DNA from: Eledone cirrhosa
Taxonomy: Eukaryota
Assembly (NCBI GenBank): GCA_964016885.1
Contig: OZ024742.1
Location: forward strand, 143,034,001-143,098,000
Direction: 5' to 3'
Length of the DNA: 64,000 nucleotides
In this document: positions 46,450 to 58,912 of the stretch, in pieces
Layout: each line of letters opens with the position of its first letter
Numbering within the stretch: the stretch's first letter is position 1
The notes under the pieces: model-generated
The model's input: only the letters and a program-made list of their open reading frames with translations
Told to the model about the DNA's origin: nothing
Database searches by the model: none
Translations under genes and position numbers: made by a program

Positions 46450-47130
46450 ATTTCACTGGGTGGTTTTTGTGGCGTCCCCGTATGTCCGAGCGTCTGTTCA
46501 ACATGTCACCCAGTGAACTGATGACGCGCAATATTTGCTCATTCAAGCTAAGCCCCTTGCCTTTCACAGCTCAAAGACCGACCTGCGTGGTGAAAAGCCA
46601 AATCTTACACGAAGAGCCTCTGATATGGCTATCATGGTATAGTCGTGCAGAATAGATCAGATCGAGAAAAATAAGCCTCGGTAAAAATCCTGCTTGTCTC
46701 ACAGTAAGCAGTAGCTCATGCGACGATCATCAGTTTAATTAGATGACCTTAGCGTCATGAACACAGTGGTTTCACATATGATTGACCCTTAAGTCGACAA
46801 TGGGTTGGCACAACTGCTCCAGTTAACAGAAAAATCTACGAGTATGCAGTTGAGGCGAACCGCATATATTCTTGCCATTAGAAAAGGCAAAATGAATGTT
46901 TCATCTTCGAAAGAGGAAGAAGAAGAGTCAATAAAATAAGCACCAGTAAATATTTTTTTCTTGATTGCTGTTCCACATCCCGGTGGGATGGTCTTGGAAA
47001 GCTTCAATAGTATATCTGTTTTTTTTTTCCTATGAGATAAGATGGCGTGACCCCCCCACCCGTTCATATTTCTGGCAAAACGGATGCTGTGAATGGTTTT
47101 CCATGCTTCGTGTTCACGGCGCAACGTAGC
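46450..47130 (-). mobile_element. Possible decayed Penelope-like GIY-YIG region
   Basis: LSLNEQIL....LNRRSDI.GRHKN resembles the L.L.EK..I...LN.R.E....RH.N C-terminus of Penelope GIY-YIG domains; GC-richer than the flanks. Confidence 0.3.
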
Positions 47131-47225
47131 CGATTTTCTGAGAGTGAGAGAGGAGACAGAGAGAAGGGAGTGAGTTAGAGAGAGATAGAGAGGGAGAGAG
47201 AGAGGGAGAGAGAGAGAAAGAGAGA

Positions 47226-50200
47226 AGGGGGGGGGGATAGGGAGCGAGAGACAGGGGCACAAAAGAAGGGGACAAATACAAAGGGGGAAGTTTACATACA
47301 ATAAAAACGTGTAAAATATTATCACAAATGCAATTGAAAAGTTAATCGATTTTCCCCAATAGGGGGAGACATTTCATATGGGTAACACATACCCCCGAAA
47401 AAATGTGCAACCCTCATCTCCAGGCTGATATAGAGAGAAGGCCCATTCACTCGGGCCATTCTCGCCACTTTCACCCACCTTTCATAAAACTTGCTGGGGT
47501 ACAGCACCTCTCTCTCCATCCTGATTCTTCTTCCAAAGTGGTATTTGAAAAAAAGAATCAGTTGTTGGCCGGAGAGAAAGGTGTCTGACCTCAGCCTTTT
47601 TAACCTCGTCCACCATACAACCTCTTTCGCCATAGCTATCACACAAAGGGAAACCGCCTCTCCTTCGTTTTGGAAGGAGGGTGGCGGTTTGATCATGACA
47701 ATGGACTCGGTGGTCAACCGGATTGGTCCGACTCGCGACAATAGTCGTTCTACATAGCCCCAAGGTCGGTAACACCCGGGCAGTGTATGAATGCGTGCGC
47801 GACGGTTTCTTCGTCTCGCACGCATCTCGGACAGATCTTTTTCGAAGAGTCCCTGCCCGGGCGCCCATATCTGTAGAGCTTGTCTCGAACTGGTAGAGCT
47901 CCTCGGTAGCACTGCCAGGCCAGGGACTTTTGGAAGTTGTCCATCGGTACCAGGTGGAAGGTATTACCGAACAGACTGGTCAGTTCGTCTTCCTCTACGC
48001 CCAGAGCTTCTCCAAGCGTGTCGTCGCACTTGCTGCTGATCAACCCTCTATAGAATGACGAAGTGGAGTCTCCACTGATCGCCGGGTCCACTGCCAGAGG
48101 GTTGTGAGCTTCTGAGCACATTCGATGTGTCAGTCGCCCATTTTCCTCGGTCAACGAAACAAGTTGTGGGAAGGCTCGCCTCGTGAACGAGGCCCACACC
48201 GGTTGTCCGGTGAGGAATACGTAGAGATGCCGCAGCCTGAGCGCGTGTTTGCGCATCGGCAGCCACGGCATCCCCAGCCCTCCGTTGGAAGGGTGTTGGC
48301 AGCAGATGGATCTTCTCACCAAAGGAGCCCGCTTCTTCCAAAGGAATTGGAAGAGCGCGCGCTCCATTTTGGTGAGCGTTTTGGCTGGACAAGGCACGAC
48401 GGTCAAGCGGTAGTAGATGGCGGACGCTATAAAAGTGTTCGCCACCTCCGCTCGACCTTTCAAGGATAGTTTGCACTCGGCCCACTTCTGGGTGAGTGCA
48501 AACACCTTGGCCGTCACCTCGTTCCAGTTTTTCTCCACTCGGAGGTCCAGACCAAACCAGACCCCGAGCAGCTTTACCGGTCCTTCCGTCCAGCGTCCGA
48601 CGACTTCATCGGAAGGCATCGGTTTGCCTCTCCACGATCCGAGTTGCAAACCGATGGACTTGTCCCGGTTCAGCTTCGCTTTTGTGAACCTTTCGTATTC
48701 CTTCAGTAAGGTGCCGACTTCCTCGATTTGCGAGGTGCTCGACACCATTACTGTCACGTCTTCGGCGTAGGGGGACGCCGCTTTCCGCAGTCCCGGTTCC
48801 AGAGGGATACCCTGCAATAGCTCCAACTTCCGCAGTAGTGGCTCGAGAGTCAGTACGTACAGAAGGGAGGAGAGAGGGCATCTCTGTCGAATGGATCGCG
48901 TGATATGGAACGGCTCTGAGATGTAGCCGTTCACCTTGACCCTTGAGCAGATGTTGCTGTTGTGCATTGCAGCAATCCAGCCCCTGAACACGGGTCCGAA
49001 GCCTGCCGCCTCGAGCACCGCATCCAGGTAACTATGGTCAACCCTATCGAAAGCCTTAGACTGATCCAAGTTGATCAGCGCCCCACCGAAGCCGGGTTTA
49101 CACCCTACCCTCTCTATGATGTATCGCATGAGGTGGAGGTTGTCGTGTATGGACCTGGTCGGGATTGCGCATGTCTGCGCTTCTCCCACCAGGTTTTCGA
49201 CGATAAGCGCCAGCCTCTTTGCCAACACCTTGGCCAAAATCTGTAACTCTGTGTTTAGCAGAGTTATGGGCCGGAAGTTGCCTATGTCATTCCCCTTATT
49301 CTCGTCCTTCCTGACTCGTGTGACTACGCCCCTGGTCACAGAACTGGGAATTATCCCGTTCTGCTGCCAGTTGCAATAGACCGCTTACAGGAGACCGGAG
49401 AAACAAGTCCGGCATTGCTACATAAAATTCGTAGGGTGGACCGTCGAGACCTGGAGATTTCTGTTTGCCGCATTGGCTCAGCGCGTCCCCTATCTCAGCG
49501 GCTGAAATCGGCTTTTCGCAGAACTTCGCCTCGCTGTCCGAGAGTCGCGGTAGGCCGTCGAGGTATGAACCGAAATCCATAGCCCCCCCCCCCCCGATGT
49601 GCCGCCCTTCCCGAACAGCTGACAAAGTGCCGCTGAAAGGCCGCGCACTTCTGCTTCGGCTCACGTATCACGCGTCCGTCTTGGTCCTTCAAAGACCGAA
49701 TCGTGGACTTGTTGCCACTTTTTGCCTCCGTCACCCGGGCCCAGCTAAAAGCTTTGGCTCCCTCGTTACCCAGAGCGCGTATTTTGCTTCTGACAACGCA
49801 TCCCTCGTGCTTTGCGTCGAAGTACTGGTCCAAGGCCGTTCTCGCTGCTAGCACGCTGGCTACGTTGCCACTTCTAATTGCCTCTTCTACTTTATCTATC
49901 AGTTCCTTCTCGGTCCTATTTCTATTTAACGCTAATTCTTTACTAAAAACTAACCAGTCTAATCTAACTGCCCTCTTGAGAGAGTTCCATCATCTGTTGT
50001 TGACAATGTCCCCTGTCAAGTGCTGTTTAACTAAAGTGCTAATCCGTCTACTGTAGGCTTTGCATGTCGGTAACGACAAGTTCAGCTTCCAGTAACCGGG
50101 TCCTTGTCTATGGGTTCTATCAAGGTTGACCATGCAGGTCACTAGTTTGTGATCTGAATAGGCAACCATGAACATTTGTGGACAGCTTAACATGTTCCTA

Positions 50201-51320
50201 TCTTTATTTCTAACTAGAACCCTATCTAGGTACGATCTAGTTGTTCCGCTAAGATTAGTCCACGTCCACAGTGGCACAGTCGGAAAATCTAATCGATATC
50301 TACCGGCTAGGTCAAATCGGCCGATTAACTGTTTGAGGCTGTTACACCCCCCCTTTATCGGGACAGGCCCCCACATAGTCCCAACGGGCATCTAGGATTC
50401 CATTCCAGTCCCCCACTAAAAGCAAGGAGCAGGACGTTCCCAGAAAAGTCTCTAGACGTTTGAAGAAGTCTGGCCGCGGTGTCTCGGATGGGGCATATGC
50501 GGCCACCAGCCTGAAGGCTCCACCTTCACTACCGTCAACGTCTAGGACCACCAGTCGACCCTCCGAGTCCAGATGTATCGTCTGTGTTACGAGGTCCAGG
50601 TGTTTCCGCAGCAAAACGGCAACTCCGCCCCCACCTCCCGGCTGACAGAGAGATGCGTAAATCTCAAAGTCGTCGAAGATGGGGGCCAGCTGTCGCTCGC
50701 TGTGGATCCTGGACTCGCAAATGGCTACTGCATCCATACTGTGCGACCTGAGGTCGTTTAAGAGTTTGCCCTGTTTCCAGGGCATCTCCAGGCCGCGTAC
50801 ATTCACACATCCAACTCTTATATTGGCCATGTTGGTGCTGAAAAGTTAAAAGAAGGGGAAAAGAAATCACTCACTTCTTCGTCTCCTGGGGACCAGGCTG
50901 CACAATGTCCATGGGGGTGTTGGAGGGGTTGTTTGGTAGGGTGGTGGTTCCTGGAGGGATGGGGACGGAGATGTTTGGTGGGGAGGGGGTGTCTGGTAGG
51001 GTGAGGGTGTCTGGGATGGGGGTGGGGAAACGTTTCAAGAGGACGCGGTTCGTTGGTTTAATACACATATTTCCCACGTCTCAGCAAAGTTTTCCTTTAA
51101 GGACTTATAGGTGTCCGTAGGGACCCTAATCATCCTTAAATTAGGTTTGTCTTTACATTTGGTAAAATATTTTCCTTCGGTTTCCACGGAAGGGTTTTTG
51201 GAGATGACCTCCATCAAGGTTTTATTGTCAGTGTTTATGTATGTATAATATTTTTGTTGTGTTGTGTTAGTTTTTGTCTGTTGTTCTTGTGTGTGTTTTC
51301 GTTTTTTTGTGGATATTTGT
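47226..51320 (-). mobile_element. Near-full-length, disabled Tx1-clade (L1-group) non-LTR retrotransposon
   Basis: ORF1 remnant 50871-51300. ORF2 from 50830: APE (NVRGL, CES, AYAP, GDWN, YLDR, SDH), RT (NFRPITLLN, LDQSKAFDRV, RQRCPLS, YAED), C-terminal CCHC (CPRC..HAFIHC). Broken by a TGA at 49990-49992 and frameshifts near 50390, 49600, 49390 and 47760. Confidence 0.92.
47322..50830 (-). pseudogene. Tx1 ORF2 (APE endonuclease - reverse transcriptase - zinc knuckle), frameshifted
   Basis: ORF-track pieces 50342-50830, 49990-50391, 49495-49854, 49296-49664, 47750-49339 and 47322-47912 concatenate into one ORF2; catalytic YADD reads YAED. Confidence 0.88.
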
Positions 51321-51358
51321 GGATAGATAGAGAGATAGATAGATAGAAAGAGAGAAGA

Positions 51359-51362
<4 letters not shown>

Positions 51363-51402
<40 letters not shown>
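51363..51402. repeat. (GA)n microsatellite at the 5' flank of the Tx1 element
   Basis: Pure GA run; a degenerate GA-rich run lies at the other end (47140-47225). Confidence 0.9.
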
Positions 51403-51407
<5 letters not shown>

Positions 51408-53005
51408 GGTAGAGAAGAAACGACCCTGTTAAATATTCAAAGGTATTCCATCAGAACTGTATTATTCATAAAGCTGACTAGGCTAGAAACTAAGGGACAA
51501 TTTATCATTTTTGCTGTAATGGATTGAAAGATTGAAGTGCCAGAGGAGTTCCGAAATACCTGAAATTCTAGGGGTCGGGAAATGGGGTCCTGCCTAGCAT
51601 TCCTGCTTTTATTACCGCGGATTATACAGGGCACCTCGGACTATATCATCCAATGTATGTGTGTGGGGGTGTTTAAAGAAGGTAGGGCGCAGTTTGAAGA
51701 ATATTTGATTGCTATTTCCATTAGATCAAGCAACCACATAAAGACCATCTAGTTAACTCTATTCAATAAGCTAGATTGGTCAAACGAGCATTAAAAAACA
51801 TCCCAGTGTCCACGACAAGATTTGAACTTTAGAGGCAAAAGTTGAATGATTAACATTCTTTCAAAGAAATTACTTTAAGAACATGATAGCCTTTTAACAA
51901 AGCATATTATATCTTAATTAAGTCTAACGTTGACTATAATTACGTTAGTTTGTACTTTTAGCTTAGTTTTATTGAGCTGCAATTAAATCAACGTCTGGGC
52001 AAAGTGTTTAGTACTTGAGCTGTTGCCAACACGTCTGAGAAATCAACCATATGGAAAGTTCTACAGTTTGTAGGTAACTTTGCAACCATTGTCTACCTGG
52101 AAACTGCAAGTATGCCTGCATAGAATCTCGATTATTTACTGCAAGTGATGATGAAAATGGAGAAGAAAAAAAATTTCACATATTGATTTCTAACATAGGC
52201 ACAAGTTCTCACACAGATGGGTACAATCGATTTTATAGACACAGAGGTAATATGTATGTATGTATGGTCTCTTAACTCCTGGGGGAGTAGTTGAGGTGCA
52301 TTTTAAAACTTGGCGGAGCCCATTTCCTTTCGAGGTCTGAATACAGCAGATTTCTTCCAGGGGGAGATAGAGAGTGAGAGAATGAAAGTGAGAAAGAGAT
52401 ATAGAGGAAGAATTGACCCCAGTACTTGACTGGTACTTTTTTTTTTATCAGCCTTGACTGGATGAAAGGCAAAGTTGACCTCGGTGGGATTTGAACTCAG
52501 TTTAGCAGGAGTCACGGGTGCTGGTTAGTGTTCGACTTATGGTGTTTGCTGATTGAAGCAATAACGGTCTTACGTATATATATATATGTCGATAGTTTGT
52601 CTTCGATGATCGATTATGTTGATTGATATTTTCGATGATCGATTACATAGATTGATTTTTAGTCACACTTTCCAGGTATGAAATAGCGCTATAAGGTTTC
52701 ACTTACGATTACACCTGTTTACATATTCTTCTATAGAATATGTATTTGGTATATATACAATGTTCCGTGTTTGTTTTACGATATATGGACCTTTCTCTCT
52801 CTAAATAAACATATATCTTTTATTTTGGTTATATACATATATAAGATTATATCTGTATATATGCAGAGTATGTAATCGAGACTGCCGTAAAGTACGAATT
52901 TTCTTATAAATTGAAAATAAAAAGAAACGATAAATATACTTAATTGATTTTCGGATCTAACCCTAACCCTCATCAGAAGATGTGTATGTCATCCAATCAA
53001 CCAAC

Positions 53006-53040
<35 letters not shown>

Positions 53041-53059
53041 GAGTTGTACCTGTAGTTCG

Positions 53060-53201
53060 AAATCACGCTGAATCTCCCTGAGAACTACATTGAAGGTACG
53101 CATGTTTGTGGAATGTTCAGCCACTTGCACGTTAATTTCATTTGCAGGCTGTTCTGTTGATCGTATCAACAGGAATACTCGTCGCCGTAACCGACGGAGT
53201 G

Positions 53202-53260
<59 letters not shown>
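53060..53260 (+). mobile_element. SINE 3' part ending in (CTA)n
   Basis: GCTGAATCTCCCTGAGAAC...CCACTTGCAC is shared with 30015-30125; followed by a (CTA)n tail at 53205-53260. Confidence 0.6.
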
Positions 53261-53261
<1 letters not shown>

Positions 53262-54379
53262 TATATATATATAAATCAGGATGGATTCAGCTTGAAACTG
53301 TTTAGACCATTACTCAATAGAGTACTCGACACTTGGGGTTGTAGAGTATGGTTATATTATATAGAGCCGGGACCCGACGGCTGAGCTCTTGCCGTTTCAA
53401 CAGCAAGACAGGAAAGTTGTGTCACTAGGATGTAAAACACACACACACACACACATGTACACTCACATACATACACGCGTGAGCATACACAAAGTCAACG
53501 AGGAAACTTCTACGCAGTTATTTGATTTGCTAGAAATGGCAACTAAATCTTTCTTTAAAATACACCTTTCTTAAAGAAAGAAGACTACATTGATTAGTTA
53601 GTCTTTTGATCAGAGATCTGTTCAATCAGGGCTGATATCGCAGCTAAACGACATGCCGCCGTCGCCGCCGCTGCTGCTGCTGCTGCTGCACATGGAGTAA
53701 CGTGACTTGAAGTAACTCTCTACAGAAAAGAAACTATACTAATTCATTTGCTCTTCCATAAGTAAATATTTTAAACTAAAAGAAATGATCGCCCCAACCA
53801 CCATTGACCGAGTCATAAAGATTTGAACTGTAGATCGAAGAACTCAAAGTTTCCATCTCTTCCCAAGTGACCCAGTCGACTAAGCAAATGAAATATTTAA
53901 TATCTAAAGTATACTTGCAGTATCGTTAGTCAACGAAAGATATACTGCATATTTACTCAATACAATGTTTTATTATTTTAGAATATCTGCTCATGTACCT
54001 TTTATTGAAACAAATGGATCTGGTTATGTCAAATATAAGAAAATAAGGCTCATGATAATAAAGAATTTGTATTTGAAAAGAAAAGAAAACAGCTGTTAAT
54101 TTCAGCCTTATGAACGATTCCCTTATTCGTTGTTTCGGGTAATATGATAGAATTCATTGAAGGGGAAAATATTTCTAAATTTTCCACTGTGAGAACTTTG
54201 GTGATAACCACATGACGGAAGTTTGGTTTTATCACGTTTCTATGTAATGGAAGTCTGAAATAATTCACTGTTAAAGGAATTCTTGATGAAATCTGTAAAC
54301 AGATGGGAAATATCATCATTACGTCATTGTTTAAAAATGTCTGTTGATGGAAATAGGGAGCGAATAATTACAAAGAGTG

Positions 54380-55330
54380 ATTAAGCGTACCTCCTTAACT
54401 TACTGTATCATAATGGCACCCCTGCAGACTTTGTCTACAAACAAAATATCAGGGGTAAGTCAACAACTCGGAACTCATCACTCCACTTACATTCCTGTAC
54501 AAGAAGAGCAACACCGCAAACTAAAGAAACTTTTCCATGTTACACAAAATTTACCGCACCCAGCTAAGACCTGAACGGTCCTTAAAATGTCGATTGTTTG
54601 GAGACACCTCACTCTCTATGGATGGACTTATTCTCTTCCTTTTTTACGTCAACACCTTTCATCTTGCTCTGGAATTTATCTCAACCATCTCTGACAGTTC
54701 AGTCACTTTCCTTGACACCTTCATTAATATCAGTAGCCGACACATCTCTACTTCGGTGCATTATAAACCCACTGACTTTCCTCAGCAACCTACCAATTGA
54801 AACTTTCAAATGTTTCCACTCTGCACGATGCATTTGTCTCTTTATTACAAACTGTACATTAATAATTTTGTTTTTCTACTACGAATTATTATTAATTCAT
54901 TGTTATGACAGCTCCTCCTCTTGCATTCCTTCTCTTTCATCCTTTCCTCATCGTAGTTGTGTGTATGGCTGGGCTATCGTGTCGCTTTCTCGTTTCCTTG
55001 CTCACTTTTCTTTCCTAACTCAATCCCCCACTGACCCTCACCTGCTCAACTGATTTGCATCTTACAATTACTTTGACCCACCTCCACCTCATCCTACAAC
55101 ATCTGCACTACATACACCACGTCTTACATTATTTACACCATCTTCCACGGGTTTTCTTGTTCCTCTTTCTCCCCATATCGACATCACTTCCCTTCTTTCA
55201 TTTTCTCATTTGGAATTTTGTGATCAAGTGATAAGAGCTCTATTCCTTTCATTCTCCACGAAGAAGGACAAGCCTTCAAAACGTTATACCTCTCTTTTTC
55301 CTCATAGCGTAAACCATATTCCACTAGTTT
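54380..55330 (+). mobile_element. Penelope-like element remnant
   Basis: VTFLDTFINIS..HISTSVHYKPTD is the PLE RT thumb motif (FLD...T.VY.KPT); followed by a pyrimidine-rich stretch and a decayed hammerhead-like motif at 55257-55287. Confidence 0.6.
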
Positions 55331-57274
55331 CTTTGGATTTTTCAGTTTTACCGCCCCTAATATTTAAGAACCAACGAGGGATTCCTCTACGCAATCAATT
55401 GACTTGCTAAAAATAGCAGTCTATTTTTTCTCAAATTAAATTATACTAGTCAATATAGTAAAAAATGGTGATGGATAGAATACCATTGATCATTAGACAG
55501 GCCCGCTCGATCAGGTCTAATTTTGGGGTTATACAACTATGACAACAACATTACATTTTTTAAATATATAGCTGACCGACTGTTAAATGACAAGCTAAGA
55601 TCTAATTGCTATTCTCATCTACACATCTGTATATGTTAGTTTACATTATGTCGTAACTATTTGTAAGCAACGAAACTAGATCCTTTTTCAGTCGTAGATG
55701 AAGCTCAGATTATACGACCAATGGCATATGAAGCAGCGGAACCTCTATACAATCGCACATCCTGCTAGCAACTGCAACCATATCTCCACACACCCGCCAA
55801 CCTTTAAAAACCCAAACGGGGTGTAAAATGAAAAGAAAAAGTGCCCCCCAAACTGGGAGAAATGAGGCAAAATGGGGAGGTTTTACATTATGAAAGCTAT
55901 ACCCATTTTCACAAGCGAAGATATCTCTCACCCTCCCCAAAGTGGGTGGGCCATCACCCCCGTCGGACGTGGAGAGTTGACTGGTCTGTCTCCATAAAGT
56001 GAATCCCTACCTTTAAGAAAGGATACGTCAGACAATGGAGTACTAGATATACAAAAAAAAAAAAAAGACTTGATGATCACAACTGGAATGTCTTCGACCG
56101 AAGGTCTTCTCGATCATGAATACTGACTTTGAGCTAAATAACTACCACGAACGTAAAGGAACATAACCGAATATTACAAGGAATTTTGTCCGAAGCTCTA
56201 CTGATTATGCAAATGCATATTAAAAAAGGGAGTGCAAACAACAACGACGACAATGACAATGACATAAACATTATATTTTTCTAAAAGTAGTTACAGCAAA
56301 TGGCCAGTCCATTAGTCTAGCCACTAGAGAGTTCATTTATGATGAACATTAGTCGGTTGGGAGGGCTGGACAGTTTTATCTTCTAAGTCAGAACAGATAA
56401 ACATAAGACGATGGAAATGAATTTTTATTGCGTTTTTTCTTTCTCCATTTCTTTTTTTATGGTAGATCTGAAATTATTTGGTGCGGATAATTATGAGTTG
56501 TAACACAACAAACTAACCTAGTTTGGGCGCCACATAAGCTGGAAATCGTATAGAGAGATGATTAAAATTGATTTCGCATTAATGACAGCTAGAACGGCAT
56601 TGATTCTTTTGTGTGGCACTCCTTATATTATAAGATCTCACCATTGTTAGTATCCAATCAACATTATTAATTCTAAGGACAGCCACCGTATCTATTTTAC
56701 CGACTGAATAGAGAGCATTCTTCTTTTCAAGATCGAGTTTTTAAAAGAAATTTTTTTCTTTTATTTACTTTTAATTACTTCGTCCAGGTGAGAGTTGTGT
56801 CGAAGACATACACGTTAGTATTTATTTAAGTGTCTTTCCCCTGCAGCCGAATATACTATTATCTACCTGGCAATGCAAAGGATATTGTGCCGTTTATAGA
56901 GATTCCAATTCCGGATTCTGTGATTATCATGTGCAGTTTGTCTGTACTATTCCATTACAACGTGATGTTCTCGAATTAGTTCATTAGAAATTCTCGAAAC
57001 TTCTAATGAACTATTTTTTTTTACCATGAAAATAGATAGCAAATTACGACTACTCCGTCCTGGACCTAAACCAAGGTAAATATAGGACAACAAAACTAGA
57101 AGCATGCCGGTTTATTGAATGATTTATTGGAAAGTTTTATCAAAATGCAACTTTCGAGTTTCAATTTCTTCCCTGAAATACTGTGACTTCTTTTGTTTTA
57201 CTAACGTCATGTAATCTTATTCTCCTTCCTAAAATTCCATGGTATTGTGCAAAAGACAAAGATCAATATTGTAT

Positions 57275-57585
57275 ATTTTCAGTGCTCTAGGTTGGCTTTT
57301 TAGATAAGATGGGTCTGTACAGGGCGTTAGATTGGCTCTTTATATCAAATAGGACTGTATAGTTAAGGCATTGTTTTTAGTGTTGTAGGTTGACTCTTAG
57401 ATAAAGTAGGACTGTATAAGTAAGACATTGTTTTCAGTGCTGTAGTGGCTCTTTAGATCAGGTGTGTATACACAGGAAGTTAGATTGGGCTTTAGAGCAG
57501 GTAGGATTGTATAGTTAAGAAGTTGTTTTCAGTGCTAGATTGGCTCTTTAGAGCAGACAGGACTGTGTAGTTAAGAAGTTGTTTT
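57275..57585 (+). repeat. Degenerate ~55-60-bp tandem repeat upstream of a SINE head
   Basis: Recurring GTTTTCAGTGCT.TAG.TTGGCTCTTTAGA...TAGGACTGTATAGTTAAG units (~5 copies). Confidence 0.65.
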
Positions 57586-57710
57586 CGCAATCACGTGATT
57601 CGGAGTTTGAACTCATTGCACGGCACATTGGGCAAGTATCTTCCACCATATTATCGGGTTAACCAATACTTCGTGAGTGGAACGTGTTAGGAGGAAACTG
57701 GAACCCCATC

Positions 57711-57741
<31 letters not shown>

Positions 57742-57776
57742 TGTATGTATGTATGTATGTATGTATGTATGTATGT

Positions 57777-57980
57777 TTTCTCTTTCTCTTAATTTCGAGT
57801 ATATATTTTTTTTGACCGGCCACCTTCCTGGTGGCAAGGTTGTAAAAGAAAAGAAATTGTCATCCCTTGAATCGCAAGAATGTTTTGCAAATTTTGAAGG
57901 TGCCAGCTATCGCAGCCATTTGTAGACTATGAATTAGGGAGCTGCGCTTTTTGTCCGCAAATCCAAGTTCAGTCATACTT
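57777..57980 (-). mobile_element. 3' end of an REL-endonuclease (R4/Dong-like) non-LTR retrotransposon
   Basis: MTELGF...[25 protein letters not shown] plus a short 3' UTR; flanked both sides by (TACA)n. Confidence 0.55.
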
Positions 57981-58575
57981 GTATGTATGTATGTATGTAT
58001 GTATGTATGTATGTATGTATGTATGTATGTATGCATGCTGTGGCGGACTGGGTCTAAATATATTGGTTGCCAGAAGATGAAGGAGGCCCACCTACATATA
58101 TAGAATGCTATCATTTAATTTTTATAATGAATAAATAACATTTTCGAAAAATACGTAAGTGGAAACAAAACAGTGCAATGAAATGTTTGCGGCAAAATAT
58201 CTTACCTTCTCCAATAAAAAATATTATGTATCTTGCGAAATCCAGAGACTTTTAGCTCTAGGAAAGCCATGAATGACACCAGAACTATTTAACTTTGATT
58301 TTGAAAGTAGGTTCATAAGTGTTAATTTTTATTATACTTCTGTAGCTGTCTCGGCGGCCTAGTTGGCGGAATCGTAGACGGTGGGGATCCTGGCCTGAAG
58401 TTCGATCCTGGTCGGGAGTAGGGTTTCGTGTAAACCTTTTCAGTTTTTTTCTATTGGTTATAAAATAAAAACTGAAAACGGCTACATGTACTTCTTGACC
58501 AGGATTGAACTCAAGAACAGGATCTCCTCCGTCTTTAGTACCTACTGCTAGGCCACAGAGACAACTACGAAAACT

Positions 58576-58805
58576 AACATATCCCAGTGCCCCAATAATC
58601 ACAGGTATAAATCTGAAGGTCTAGTCAGGGTGGAGTATCTGCAGATTTCTCATTAGTTCTGCATAGATATTCTCCTTTTCACTAATCTTTGATATTATAT
58701 TGGCATCTGCTGGGCAGCTAACTTCCACTACTGTGCATGCCTTCTTTTCCCTGTCCCATATCATAATATCTGGTCTGTTATGTCTGCATTTTATTGGGGT
58801 TTGAC
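58576..58805 (-). mobile_element. REL endonuclease domain fragment (R4/Dong-like)
   Basis: Reads PIKCRHNRPDIMIWDREKKACTVVEVSCP...EKENIY..L...FIPVIIGALGYV, i.e. the RPD..E..K..KY..P.IIGALG restriction-like endonuclease motif, with one internal stop. Confidence 0.7.
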
Positions 58806-58874
58806 TGTATGTATGTGCACGAACAGATGCGTTCGTGCATGTGTATGTATGTATGTGTATGCGCGCATGTGTGC

Positions 58875-58905
<31 letters not shown>

Positions 58906-58912
58906 TGTATGT

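Noticed and set aside
47403-51120. Numerous plus-strand ORFs
   Set aside because: Antisense shadows of the GC-rich Tx1 ORF2/ORF1.
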